A stretch of 63,702 bases of DNA, the filler included, from Parasitella parasitica NRRL 2501 (Eukaryota > Fungi > Mucoromycota): the NCBI GenBank assembly GCA_025201805.1. It is 8 parts of 8 records of this genome, joined end to end, with 100 filler letters (N's around TTAATTAATTAA, not from the genome) between each part and the next. Parts side by side here need not be neighbours in the genome. Positions count along the whole stretch, not along the records: positions 34,563 to 42,881 come from MU619244.1; positions 42,982 to 47,237 come from MU619364.1; positions 47,338 to 57,307 come from MU619404.1; 5 more parts are not named here. One strand, 5' to 3'. Numbering within the stretch: position 1 is the first letter of the stretch; the number at the start of each line of letters is the position of its first letter. Both the position numbers and the translations under genes were made by a program. Positions 36,729 through 49,017 of this stretch are shown here, piece after piece. The notes beneath the pieces were generated by a model. The model searched no databases, was not told the origin of the DNA, and saw only the letters and a program-made list of their open reading frames with translations.

Positions 36729-39700
36729 TTATTGACTATTCAAGGAAGAAGCCTCTTTTTGTGCAATAGACTTTTCTTGATCAGTTAGACCTTGCCACCA
36801 GTGTTGATTCAACCATTGATTCCATTTGCTATTTGAAGTCAATGTAGCTGCTTCTATCGATGATTTTGGTTTATGACGAACAAATGCATCCTCAGTTCCA
36901 ATAATATAAAACATGTGATAAGTATCACGGCAAATTTTGTATTGCATGCCAGAACGAACAGCAATATCTTTTGCTTGATGCCCTTTATACTTGAGATTTC
37001 TACGCAAAGCAACTTAATTTAAATCATTCAAAAATATTTTATGTGATATATACCTCTTCAAAAATCTTGGTGTCAAAGATCCTTGGCTTATTCCCTTTGT
37101 TTCATTTGCCCAGTCGATATAATTTGCAACATATTCTTCGTATCCACCGCAACCTTCATTATCTTGAGAAGGCTGAGTATCATCTAGCAGTTTAATAGCC
37201 AATGTGCGACTATAAAGTTTCTTAAATACAAAATCAGATCGAGCCACATTGGTTTTTTCAAGTACACTTACAAAAGTGATATGATATGTATTTTCTGTTG
37301 GTTCAATGATACCAGCGATACGGGTCCTATATGTAACAGCATCACCTTGATCTAACTGCTCTGTCTTATTTTCAATTTTGAATAATTCAAATAATTCTTG
37401 TGATTGATTATCTGCAATGATAATGTGAATCTTACATGAAGGTTAGTATTTACTTGATGCCTTTCTTACCCAGTATACTTACGTCGCGCACCAGAGACAA
37501 AACCAATTTATCAATCGTAAACACAGCGTAAGCATCACCACCAAAAATGTAACGAACACACTCTTCGAATGTTTGCTGATCTATCTCCCCTTCAAATAAT
37601 TTGTCAATCAATGATAGTAAGATGTTATAATATCCACGCTTTGTATCCATTTTTAATGCTATGTAGAGTTGATACATTAGTTGAAACGTTGGATTGGATA
37701 ACCAGTAAATACCTTTAAACCTTTTAGGTGTAATCCCTAAGTCACGAGCGTCTTTGTGGGCTTTCTTCGCTTTTTCTGGATTTTCTCGTAATTCTGTATC
37801 TAAGGCTTTCATTTTACAGAGGCGACTGTATAGAGTTTGGTATAGGCGAAAAAAACAATAGAATCCACTATCACCGTAAAAGTTGTATATCTTTTGATTC
37901 TCTGGTTCAGCAGATTTGTCTTTTTCGATCAATGATGACAACGATGCTAGCTTTACAGATGCCGGTGATGATACTTGCGCCTTCTTTTTATTTGTGCGTT
38001 GGGATTTCTTCGACTTGCGTTGGCTACTGCTACTATTCAAACTTCTTGCAGCACGACGGCGTGGGCGACGAGAACGCTCATTTGTTTCCTCTTCATCTTC
38101 ATCATCATCTTCATTTTCTTCTAAATCTTCCAAATCTTCCAGATCTTCATCCTCGGTATTGTTATTGGTTTGCGATGATTCATCATCATCCTCGTCTTCA
38201 TCCTCGTCGTCTTCATCTTCTTCTTCAGATGAACTTGGGGAACGGCCTGAGGGTTTTCTCGTCTTGATATTTCTAGTCAAAACGTCCCTTAATAAGCCGT
38301 CATCATCATTCATCTGACCTCGCGCTCTTCTAGGACGTCTACTAGCTGCTTGAGCTACATTCGTTGACATAACTTTTATATCGTTATCTGATTGCACCGA
38401 TGAAACATCGTCATCTAAAATATCTTCCATAATGATATCACCACTCTCCACTGTAGACGGTTCGACATCCGTAACGTTGAAAAACAGAGGAATTATCGTA
38501 TCCATAAATGCGCGCATGGCGGTACAATCTTCTGGGTTGTATATTGGTTGACGATCCAAATAAAAATATACGAGCCTTGAAACATCTTTGAAAACAGCAG
38601 CATCGGCAAACTCGAACTGAACTTTTGTGTGTAATTCTTTGGCAGCGACTGCTTCAGCTACCAAAGATCGTGTGGTCATTGCCTTTCTGTCGGTAATTTT
38701 GAACGTAATGCCTTGATAATCTAATGATTTCCAATAATTTTTTGCTTCAACTTCTCTCCATATTTTATTCCATTCACGTTGAGCACGTTTCCATTCATCG
38801 TCCTTCTGCTTGAGACGTTTCAAAACGATGGGAACAGTCTGGGCAGGGTTATTGTGTAACAAATCGATTATTTCTAATCCCTTGTTGGCATAGATTTTCT
38901 TCATAATGCGCTGATAAATGGTTCGTGATGGGCTACCCAAGCCAGGTGATAAACGGAAGCTAGTCTTTTCATCTGCTGACATAATACTAATTTTTTTAGC
39001 AATAGGCTCCAAGAGAGCAATTGTATTGAGATTGGCTTCGATATTAAGATCGTAATCATAGCGCTCTTCTTCGACACGATGCAATGCTTCCTCGTATTGA
39101 TTTTTCTTTGAGGCGACATAACCAGTGTCTTCAGAGGCCCAAGTTGGATGAGAAATATAAGTATCATTCAATACATCCCAACACAGAGCATCCCTTCCAG
39201 AACAAGTGCGGTTTTGCCAAGCTTTAGAGACATGGCGGTAACTAGGTCCACAGCCACCAGCGTTTTTTGTTACAGGTTGCATTCGTGGCATGTTCTCAGT
39301 GACTTGGTCAGTACCATCATAACCTACCAGACTCTTGAACCACTCAAATAAGTCTGGGTTTCCACCAATGAAGCTTTCTACACGGCTAACTAGCACGTTC
39401 TGATCGACGATTTGTTGACTGAATAGATTCAGTACCTTGAGAAATGCACTGTATGTAGCTTTATTGCCAATATAGGTTTTGACTTTTTCGAAAAACTCGG
39501 CCTCTTCTGCTGAAAATGTTGGTCGTGAAAGATCGTCGTTCAAAGCCGATAAATTTTCACAGCTGTTCGATGAATCTGCTCTAACATTAGATGTTTGTAA
39601 ATCTGGTTTATGGTGATGTTTAGTTCTCTAACAGAAATACGAACTTGTTAAATCATTTTGTGGCATATTTTTCACAATTGTTTACCTTGGAAATACCAAA

Positions 39701-40720
39701 ATTCGGTATATGGCCAGATCTTTTTTTCCTTTGCTGAGGTTCAGGTAAAAATTGCTTAAATTCTTCTAACAATTCATTTGAACCATCAAAGAGTGCTTGG
39801 ACTTCGATGTATACCTAATATAAAATATCAAGACTGTTGAAGATCAAGTTCACAAGTCTATATGCAGCTTACCTCGCCAATTGGTTTTTGATCTTTTTGA
39901 TATGTTTGCAAAATTTCTAAAAATTTCTTGTACGTATCAGGTTGACCTGAAAATCGATTCTTTATCTTATTGACGTAGGCGATAGCATGATTAAATTCAA
40001 CGGGAGCTTTGCGATCTTCTTGCTGCTGGAGATTATCATCGCTTCTCAAGTTGAGAGATTCACTTTCTGTGATAGAAGTTGTGCCAGTGGGCGTTGTAAC
40101 TTTAATGATGTTTCTTTCCTGTTCATCTATACTACATTCAATACGATAACCGGGAGGTAAAAAGGTATTGAAGCCAGAAATCAATGCAGGATGGCCTCGA
40201 AATAATGTTGAAACACGCTCAATAACACCAGGAGTATCAACCCTAATACGATATTTTAATTTATAAGCTTTCTTGAAATTTGAAAATGAACCTGCTTACA
40301 TTTGACTTTTAAAGTCTTTCATTATATCCAAAAATTGATTGTACACATCATTTTGAAATGAGAATTTGGCTTTCACTGTATCAAGATACGTAAGTGCATC
40401 TTTGACGTTGAGAGAACGATACTCTTTTGCAGCTGCTGGTTGTGTTTGCTTTTCCCCAGCTGCATCAATAGGTGTCGTCGAACAGCTGATTTCTTTATCT
40501 GCTTCTGTGGATGCTTCTGAGAGCAGATTTCCCTGTTTGTCTTTTCCATGGTGATTTTCATCTTGAGGTTCTTGTTTAACAACTGAACTTGTTGTATTGT
40601 TTACTTGAGGGTGACTATATTCATGATAGGTCAGTAAACAGGCTATACACATTTTTTCTTTCAATTGTGAATCTTAACAAAGAGTACTTGCCTCGCTCCG
40701 TCAGACTTTTCTATTGGCAT
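36729..40720 (-). CDS. SIN3: Sin3 corepressor (PAH1-3, HDAC-interaction domain, C-terminal domain), multi-exon
   Basis: LNVKDALTYLDTVK, PVEFNHAIAYVNKIKNRF, CGPSYR, CSGRDALCWDVLND, KNQYEEALHRVEEERY and FTIDKL. Confidence 0.93.
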
Positions 40721-42404
40721 TTTTTTTGCTTTTTTATTTCTAGTACGAAGGCTGATGGTGTTATTTTGTCAATCCAAGCCTATAACATTCAATATACGCG
40801 TTATAAAATGAACAAAACAAAAGAGAAAGCAACAGAATAGAAAGGGGAAATTTCATCAAAGTACTGAGTGACCTGTAGATACTCCGATCAGTGACCAGCA
40901 TGATCTAGTAAACCCCAACAACATGCAAACCCCTTTGTTGATAATCAAGACCAAAAAAGACGCCACAAAGAAGGGGAGGGAATAGATGTGTTGAAGATTT
41001 AATTAAGAAATAATGTCCAGTCAATTATTGATGCCCTCAAGTTGCAAGATCATTTCTCAAACGTTATTTAATGGTATTTTCTGTCAGGGACTAACTTCTA
41101 TACAAATGGACACACCTGAAATGAAGTAGAATAGCTCGGTATAATTCTTGACGATCAAAGACAAGACGCTGCAAAATTCAAAGAAAGGAATGCAAGCTAG
41201 TCTCCCAGGTCTTATGCTGAAAAAAGACATTTGTATTTTGGATTAACTGTAGTATCAAGCTATTTACAAAGCATATAAAAAAAAGGCCCTGTCAGGGTTG
41301 GAATCTTTGTCATAAATGGAGGAGGATGAATTATTAGTATCATTAATTTTGCTTCTGAGCTGTCTCGAAATACTTTTTCAGGCTAAGGCTTTATAATCGA
41401 TTTCATCCTGAGCATAACAGCTATACTCTGTCTTTTCAATTTATATCTGTCTTCTTCGACGCACGTTCAACTGGTACTAAGATTACAATTAAATAAATCA
41501 TATTGATGCAGGCTTTTCTTGCATTTTGGCAACGTTCCTGTCCAAATATAAGGGTGTTAACAAGCCATGCTTTGACATCCAGAGTCTCATCATTCAAGTA
41601 GATTTAAAGCATATAACAACGTTATAATATCTAGATACAACACATTTGATGTACAATGAAGTTTTGATTTCATGAATATAGATAGTATCAACTATTCAAA
41701 AAAAAACTTTCGTTAGTGAATATATAAAAAATCATAAAACAAAGCTCTAAATTTCATCAACTGCGCCACACTTGATCAGAGCGACTTCTTCATTAAGTTT
41801 TATTTTTTGGATGATAATGTGATATTTCTATTACCTTCACTTCGCTATTACGGTATAAAGAAATACTGTAGTACCTTTTGGGCCGTAGATTTTGTTAAAG
41901 ACGCCACATCCAAATTCAGATGTATATATCAACATACCCCGGTGTCATCAATTCATCTAATACAGTCAGGCTGGGAAATATTGGCCGATTTGGAAAACTA
42001 AATGGTGATTATAGACACTAGCCAAAAAATAATTTGGCGAAAAGATAAAAAGTGATTGGCCCAATTCAAATCTTTTGTTCAAGACGCTTCTTCTTCAACA
42101 GAATCAAATTCTTACTGCTCGAAAAGACTCAAAATAGGCACATCATTATACTTATCGAAAAGAAACAGCCAGTACAATATCGCTCAGGCAGGATCAGACA
42201 TATCGACGCTTTATTTCGTTTTAATTGCTATTAAAGAGTATCAATGAGATTCAAGTTCTTCATACAAATATTTTTAATAAATCAGTCATTTTCAATAAAT
42301 CAATTATTGTAGAAGAAACAATTGTTGTCCATAATTCAATTGATCTGCATAAAATATAATTCATCACTTTTCTTTCCCTCTTTTTACATTGATTCTCCCA
42401 ACAC

Positions 42405-42881
42405 ATGTCTGAAGCTACGTTCAAATCAATCATCTTGGAGAAGAAACGCCAAGTGTTTGAAAGTCGTAAAGCAAATGCATTTGAAGGTATGAAATAAGTT
42501 AGTTATCTTTTACATTGGGATTCATATAGTAAACTTTAAAGATGCAATATGTGTTGGTTGTTCAAAAAGTGGTCATTACACAAAAGCTTACTTCAAGTGT
42601 AAGTTGTATGTTGCAGACACAGCAAATGCTGGTAAATAACTACAAAGCAAAATGTTGAGAAGTGTCTTTATAATGTAAACATGTTTTCTTTATGTATCTG
42701 TAGTTGGCTCAAGTAGCGGGAAAAAGCGAAAGCAAACCTATGAAGATAGAGCACAAAAGCGGCAAGCCAAAAGACAAAAAGATCAAGTTGAGGGCGATGT
42801 TGCTATTTGTTCTAAATGCAAGCAAAGAGGACACAGATCTGCACGTTCTCCCTTGTGCCCGCAAGGTATCTTGTCAAAAGC
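42405..42881 (+). CDS. 5' part of a transposon-type protein with two CCHC-like zinc knuckles, truncated by contig end
   Basis: Short exons encode CVGCSKSGHYTKAYFKC and CSKCKQRGHRSARSPLCP. Confidence 0.55.
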
Positions 42882-43573
42882 NNNNNNNNNNNNNNNNNNN
42901 NNNNNNNNNNNNNNNNNNNNNNNNNTTAATTAATTAANNNNNNNNNNNNNNNNNNNNNNNNNNNNNNNNNNNNNNNNNNNNAAAACATTGATGAGGTGAG
43001 CCATCTAGATTTTTTCAATGGTTATGATTTCCTAATGTAGTTTATCATAATAGATTGTCGAAGAAGAGACAATCCAAAATAAAAAATATCAAGTAATTAA
43101 AGATTTCGAAGGCCTCTCTGTTGACACTGAACACAACGTCATTTCCAATAATAGCGAAAATGAGGTACTACACCAACTTATAATATGACTGAGTTAGCAA
43201 CCTGGTACATTGTTAATTTTAGGCTGACAAGGTGTTGTCGACAACCAAGCTGAATTAATAAATGAAGGTGATCGATTAGAGAATAACGAAGAAGCAATAG
43301 TCGATGAGCTTACTGAAGAGCAATTTCACTTAATTGAAAATCAAATCTCGGAGATTCCTGAAAATGGATGGCTTGACAAGTATCTTGGGTCAATTCAAGA
43401 GAGCTCAAAGGTGGTGCCGAACCTGATGAATACAAGAAGGGTACACTATGGATTAATTCTTCTAATGCATCTCTCGTATTAAAGAGAAAATTGGATCCTG
43501 AATTGCTTTACCTGGCTAGAGTATGCATATGACTTCCGCAATTTCCGGCCAAGACGCCCTTAAAATGCCCAAC

Positions 43574-44536
43574 TGATTTATCAGAATGAGAAATTATTCA
43601 AATAAAACGTTTGTGAATTAATCAGGTAAAGATCTCGTTTATTACATGGAAAAAATGATGGTTTATATACTAGTGAATCTAAGTGGACTGATAGAAGGAT
43701 AAGATACAAGTGTGAGACATGGTGTGATTTAGAGAATGGAACGATAGATCGTATCTATTGTCCATGAACATGTCATTGCAGTAAATTTAAAAGATTTACG
43801 AAATAAAAAAAAANNNNNNNNNNNNNNNNNNNNNNNNNNNNNNNNNNNNNNNNNNNNNNNNNNNNNNNNNNNNNNNNNNNNNNNNNNNNNNNNNNNNNNN
43901 NNNNNNNNNNNNNNNNNNNNNNNNNNNNNNNNNNNNNNNNNNNNNNNNNNNNNNNNNNNNNNNNNNNNNNNNNNNNNNNNNNNNNNNNNNNNNNNNNNNN
44001 NNNGTTGTTTAATTTTAGGTTTTAAGGAGAAGCAAATTATGCTGAATGCTTTCACCATTGATGGAGATTTGCGTAACATTGGTTGGCCGTGTTAGGATGG
44101 CTATCGTCATACTTTAGTTATTCTGTTAAAGATATCCTTGTCTAGAATGATGGGAAAAACTCATGGAATGACGAGCTGCCATAATTGATATCTTTGTCAT
44201 TATTATTCTTATTCTGAATGTCTATTGTGTTAAGGAAAGCACTTTGATCAGGAGTGTTTTCCTTCACACGACATTCATTGATAAGGTCTTAAATTGTATT
44301 TGTAATTCGATTTGATTTATATGACTTAATATGTTATGCGAACTCGAATGGCAAAAATTAACTATGCGTGACATTTGAGTCTTATTTTTTTTAGTTACTT
44401 GCTTTTAGTTATACCATTCCATTGCAGTCATGTTGAGTTATAAATAAGAAACATGATCCATTGGGATATGTTCCTGAATTGTGTTCAGGATTGAGTTTAC
44501 TTGAGTTTGACTTCCGGTTGGGAAATTGACACATCA
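43574..44536 (-). mobile_element. Solo LTR (family B) with CCAAC TSD
   Basis: TGAT...ATCA termini with ccaac at 43569-43573 and 44537-44541. Uninterrupted copy at 57432-57741. Confidence 0.9.
43777..44426. mobile_element. Nested solo LTR (family C) with GTCAT TSD
   Basis: TGCA...TGCA termini with gtcat at 43772-43776 and 44427-44431. Homologous to 1-749. Confidence 0.88.
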
Positions 44537-47500
44537 CCAACTTGTCAAAAGTCCTTTCTCGCTAAAGAATGGGTACAAAAGACAAAGGCTAGAAGAATCA
44601 TCGATTTGGAAGAGTAAGTCAAACAAATATATATTTACAATTTTAATTTAAAACTTCTACTACTAGATGCATTGACGAATGTCTTTTTTAGCTGCTTCTA
44701 TCTTTTAAGTGTTAGATTCAAATGTACCAACAAGACAAACGTACATACATACTTTCATGGGATATCGATTTGAAATCATAAAAAAATTGCCTGCGCATGT
44801 TCGAGCTGATTTCCCCGCTGTGTTGACACATCGCTCCGGGTTTTCTACACAGCTCGTGAGATTGTTGCGCCCAGAGTTCCAAAACGCAACTGGCACACAT
44901 AGAATGCACCAAATTTGAAGGATAAACCATACAGAAAGATTTGATACAATTCAGTTCCAGTACTATGATGCTGTAAAAGACAAGCTATTAGAGAACAATT
45001 CAAGGCCAAAGCATTAATCGGCAACTCATCACCCGCAACAGTATATCCGAAATTATCATCATTTGGTGACAAGAATGGGTATTATGGATATGTACCTTCA
45101 GCAAATTATTTAAGTCATGTATACTGCTCTATTATAGCCGAACTAAGATCTTACATGGACCAGCATGCTTCATTTAGACGGTGTCGTCCTAATAAAAGAA
45201 GACCATTCTTTTAAGGTATGCTATATTGTACATCACACATAAAATTGCGGTACTCAATTTTTGAACTATAGATCATTGATCATATGGCCAAAATAAATGG
45301 CGTATCTACGTTTTCCTGTCTCTACACTGTATTGAACGAGCATCAAGAAATTCGTCTTCAAGTGCTCGCGCCCACTAAATCGTTGGATCATCTGGCCTAT
45401 TCTTTTAACAATATGATGGAAAGCTACACCAGATATGGATTTCAGATGCCTGAGGTTTTTTACACAGACAATGTGATTGGAGATAGATTGTTCCTGGAGT
45501 CTGCTATCCCTTCATTAAAAAAGGATGTTGTCCATACCAAGCCCACTCTTGCGGAACAGATCAATACAAATTGCCCATCCCAGAATTTTCCTTTGGCTGA
45601 ATTACCTGGTAATATTGCTGTTTCTGTGTTAGATACGAGTGATGCTATAAACCATGCTTGTCAGAAGCTTCTCGATTTTTGTTTTAGGGCAGTATTGCAA
45701 TTGGATTTGACTGCGAGTGGGCTGTTCGAGGAGGAAGGTCTGCTGTGCCTATAAGTGAACAAGCAAGACTAAGATTTGTGCCTGTTGCTTTAGTTCAAAT
45801 TGCTTACCAAGATTTAATCTATTTAATGAGGATACATACATTTGATCATGACAAGCTACCAAAACAATTAAGTGAACTGATTGTCAACCCGAAGATTCTT
45901 AAAATTGGAAAGAATGTAAACGGCGATCTTTCAAGGTTCAAGTACTTTGGTATTAATTACTTTCCCGGTCAATTGAAGCTCGGTACCTTTTGCAAGGATA
46001 AGAACCTAATTGAAAGAAGAGGCTCTTCACTTGCTGAGATTTGTGGGTTTGTTTTGAAAGTACAATTGCCCAAAACAAATTTGATTCGCTGCGGTAACTG
46101 GGAGGCACAGGCTCTAAATGAGGAACAAATCAATTATGCTGCTCTGGACGCCTGGGTCTCTTTAGAAATCTACAACAGGTTCAAATCAATGCCTACAGTC
46201 CACCAAAAGGTATCGGGAAAAACAAGAGCTGGCTCCTTTGTCGCAGTTCATCTTGAAAATACTGCTAAATCATCAGTTGCTGCCTTGGGATTTCTATGTG
46301 ACAATGATTCATCAATTTCTGATGAACAATACGAAGCAGCTGATACGCACGGCGCTGTAAAGATGAAGGTAGTCAAGACTATGATTCCTGGTTTTCCGTT
46401 GGATTGTTATGATGGTTTGACCTTGAGTGATTTTACTGGTAATCCATGCACCATGTACATCAAATACAAGTATTTATTTACGGCGTCAGAAAGGGTTTAT
46501 TACTCTGCAACCAAACCAGTCGAACCTACCCAACCTGCCATAACTATTCACAATTCAGATGAAGAAACGCCAATTCCTTCCCGTGTTTTGAAAGATGGCT
46601 TCCATTTAATGGACATGATCAAAATCTCCAAGTCCCATGGAATGCATAAAGATTTTATGAGACGCTTCCGTGATGCCTTATATGTTTGCGATCAAGGTGA
46701 CAAAGCTCTCATCGAAACATTTTTATTGAGCACAGGGACCGACTGGAACACACGGATGCTGTCTAACCCTGCTTGGGTTTTTGAACGAGTCAGAAGATTT
46801 ATACCAAAACCAGCCAAGCTCTAACCCACTCTGAAATTCTTATTTGATAGCTACGGCCCATTAAGATGTGAGCATTCTGGCCGCCAGCTTTTTGATGATG
46901 CAGCTAGGGAAATGTCTTTATATATTCTTAAATCTGTAAAAGAAGGGCATGTTTCTGATATCGTTGGTGGTCCTGCTCTCTACACGGAAAAAGGCCTGGA
47001 TAAGGACGGTTTGATGACCTACAAGTGTTCGCGAGTAACTAGTTCTGTTGAGGGAGCCTGTCATATGAACATTGTTTGCAGGTCGCATCATATAATGCAT
47101 CTACGCAATTAACAGATTCTATTTTGGCTGACTATAGACTATATCATAATATAAACGTAAGTGAATTATCTTTTAGTATGTTTTTTAATTTAAAAACTTT
47201 ACTTTTTTTCTTAGGTCGGGTCTGTTAATCGGTATGGNNNNNNNNNNNNNNNNNNNNNNNNNNNNNNNNNNNNNNNNNNNNTTAATTAATTAANNNNNNN
47301 NNNNNNNNNNNNNNNNNNNNNNNNNNNNNNNNNNNNNATATTTGCTCATAACTTGTGCTAAAATCACCCTAGAACCGAGATCTAACTTGGAAAACTTAGC
47401 ATTGACTTGGCCCTATTTGGAAACAACATTGGTATCCTTGATTTTATTGACATCTATAAAGTTATCAGATGATATCACAAATTTACATATCAGAATTGCA

Positions 47501-49017
47501 TATAATCGATGATAGGCTTCAACAAAGAACAGAATAAACAATGTCTTATGCGCCATAAGAACAGGCATGATCATCGCTATTTGAGCATAACTTAATTTTG
47601 CTTGGGCGACCTGTTTATCAAAAGTTATCCGCAAAAAAATACTTTCGCGTTTTTGTTGTCGGAGTTTGAAATATTTTTATATCACGTGATTGTTTTCATG
47701 CCGGGCCGGGTTCAAAGGATGTAATTTTTGGGATGTTTACTGCAAGAATGCTTTTTTCGACAACCAAATACTAACTGGTAAGCTTGAAGATGCAAGGTTT
47801 GGAGGATTATTGTTAATCTTCATCAATCCTAAAAGTATATATCTCAGCTATCATCATCATTATAAACAGATCTAATGAGTAGTAAAATATGAGATCATGT
47901 AATACATATATTTTATTACGGACGATTAATCAAATGTGATGTATCAATTCTAAAACCGGATGTCAATATAATATAAACTCATAATAAAGAGTAAAACATC
48001 AGATCATAAAATGATATTACATGACATTTGGGATAGATACAATCTACCTTATCTCCTGGATCTCATCACTAAAACCTTTATCCTCACATTGCTTCCCTCA
48101 GTTCATAGAAAGTATATAAACCTCTATTTTTGAATGTAATAAACGGATCTTTACCTGATTAAGTTCTATTGAACTTTTCTGATAAATCAATATGATAAAT
48201 AGCATCGTTTCATTGCAATCATGCACAAAACCACTTTTCATTTTCGTAATTTCAAACATTTGCTCATAACTTATGTTAAAGAATCGGAAAGCCGTGATCG
48301 AACCTGATAAACATTGCGAGAACTCAGCGCGGTGGAATAGAAGCATCTCTATCCGTGAAAATAAAGGTTATCAACAGAACTGATAAAGTGATAAAGACCA
48401 CTAGTTTAACACTAGGGACAAACTAATAATGCTTTTAATCGATAGGAAGTTGCCTATTAAGTAGAATAAATTTTGTCAATGAAGATTAAAACACAGTATT
48501 AGTCAGAGCAAGACCTATTTACCGTATATTTGATCAGGTAATAATCATGAATTTAAATCTTTTGTTAATAAGTTCAGTTTCATAATTTGGAATAAATAGA
48601 ATCCAATTAGATGGTTTCTTATTCAAAATAAAATTCTACATATTATAGAATTACGGGCAATACTTATCCTTAGATCTGACCAGGAACAGCCACGACACTG
48701 AGTTAAAATAATGGTAACCATTGTATTCTATGGAAACAACAGCCACCCGATCTTATTAAATTTAAATAACAATGCCTTCCAAGAAAAACAACCTTTTCGA
48801 ATAAAATTTTTGTTTCTTGAGACAGCTCATATTATCAATAATCTCGCAATCCCTAATTCGTCTCAACTTCATTTGCGAAGTATAGTATATACGGGACTTG
48901 GTCCATAACTTGATCGTATTGAGACTGTATTTGGTGATGCTTGTGACCACTACCAAGCGTCAAAAGAAGAAGAAAAAATATTGCATTTCATTTCCTATCA
49001 CTTGACACTACAAAAAC

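Larger units (their letters stand above)
42982..47237 (+). pseudogene. Unclassified DDE-like transposase with an internal DEDDy 3'-5' exonuclease domain (copy 1)
   Basis: CPTC, FPAVLTHRSG, KEDHSFK, LYTVLNEHQEIR, FYTDNV, then Exo I GFDCEW, Exo II KIGKNVNGD, Exo III QINYAALDAW, then VLKDGFHLM and YKCSRVTSSVEG. Stops, frameshifts and LTR insertions. Confidence 0.7.

Noticed and set aside
37916-38317. Ser-rich antisense ORFs (also 1916-2228, 27521-27886 and the overlaps in the gypsy and RPL genes)
   Set aside because: Shadow frames of acidic or low-complexity coding sequence on the opposite strand.
47338-48950. Repeated gctcataact motifs and AT-rich repeat-like DNA
   Set aside because: Probably transposon debris, but I could not define termini, TSDs or coding remnants.
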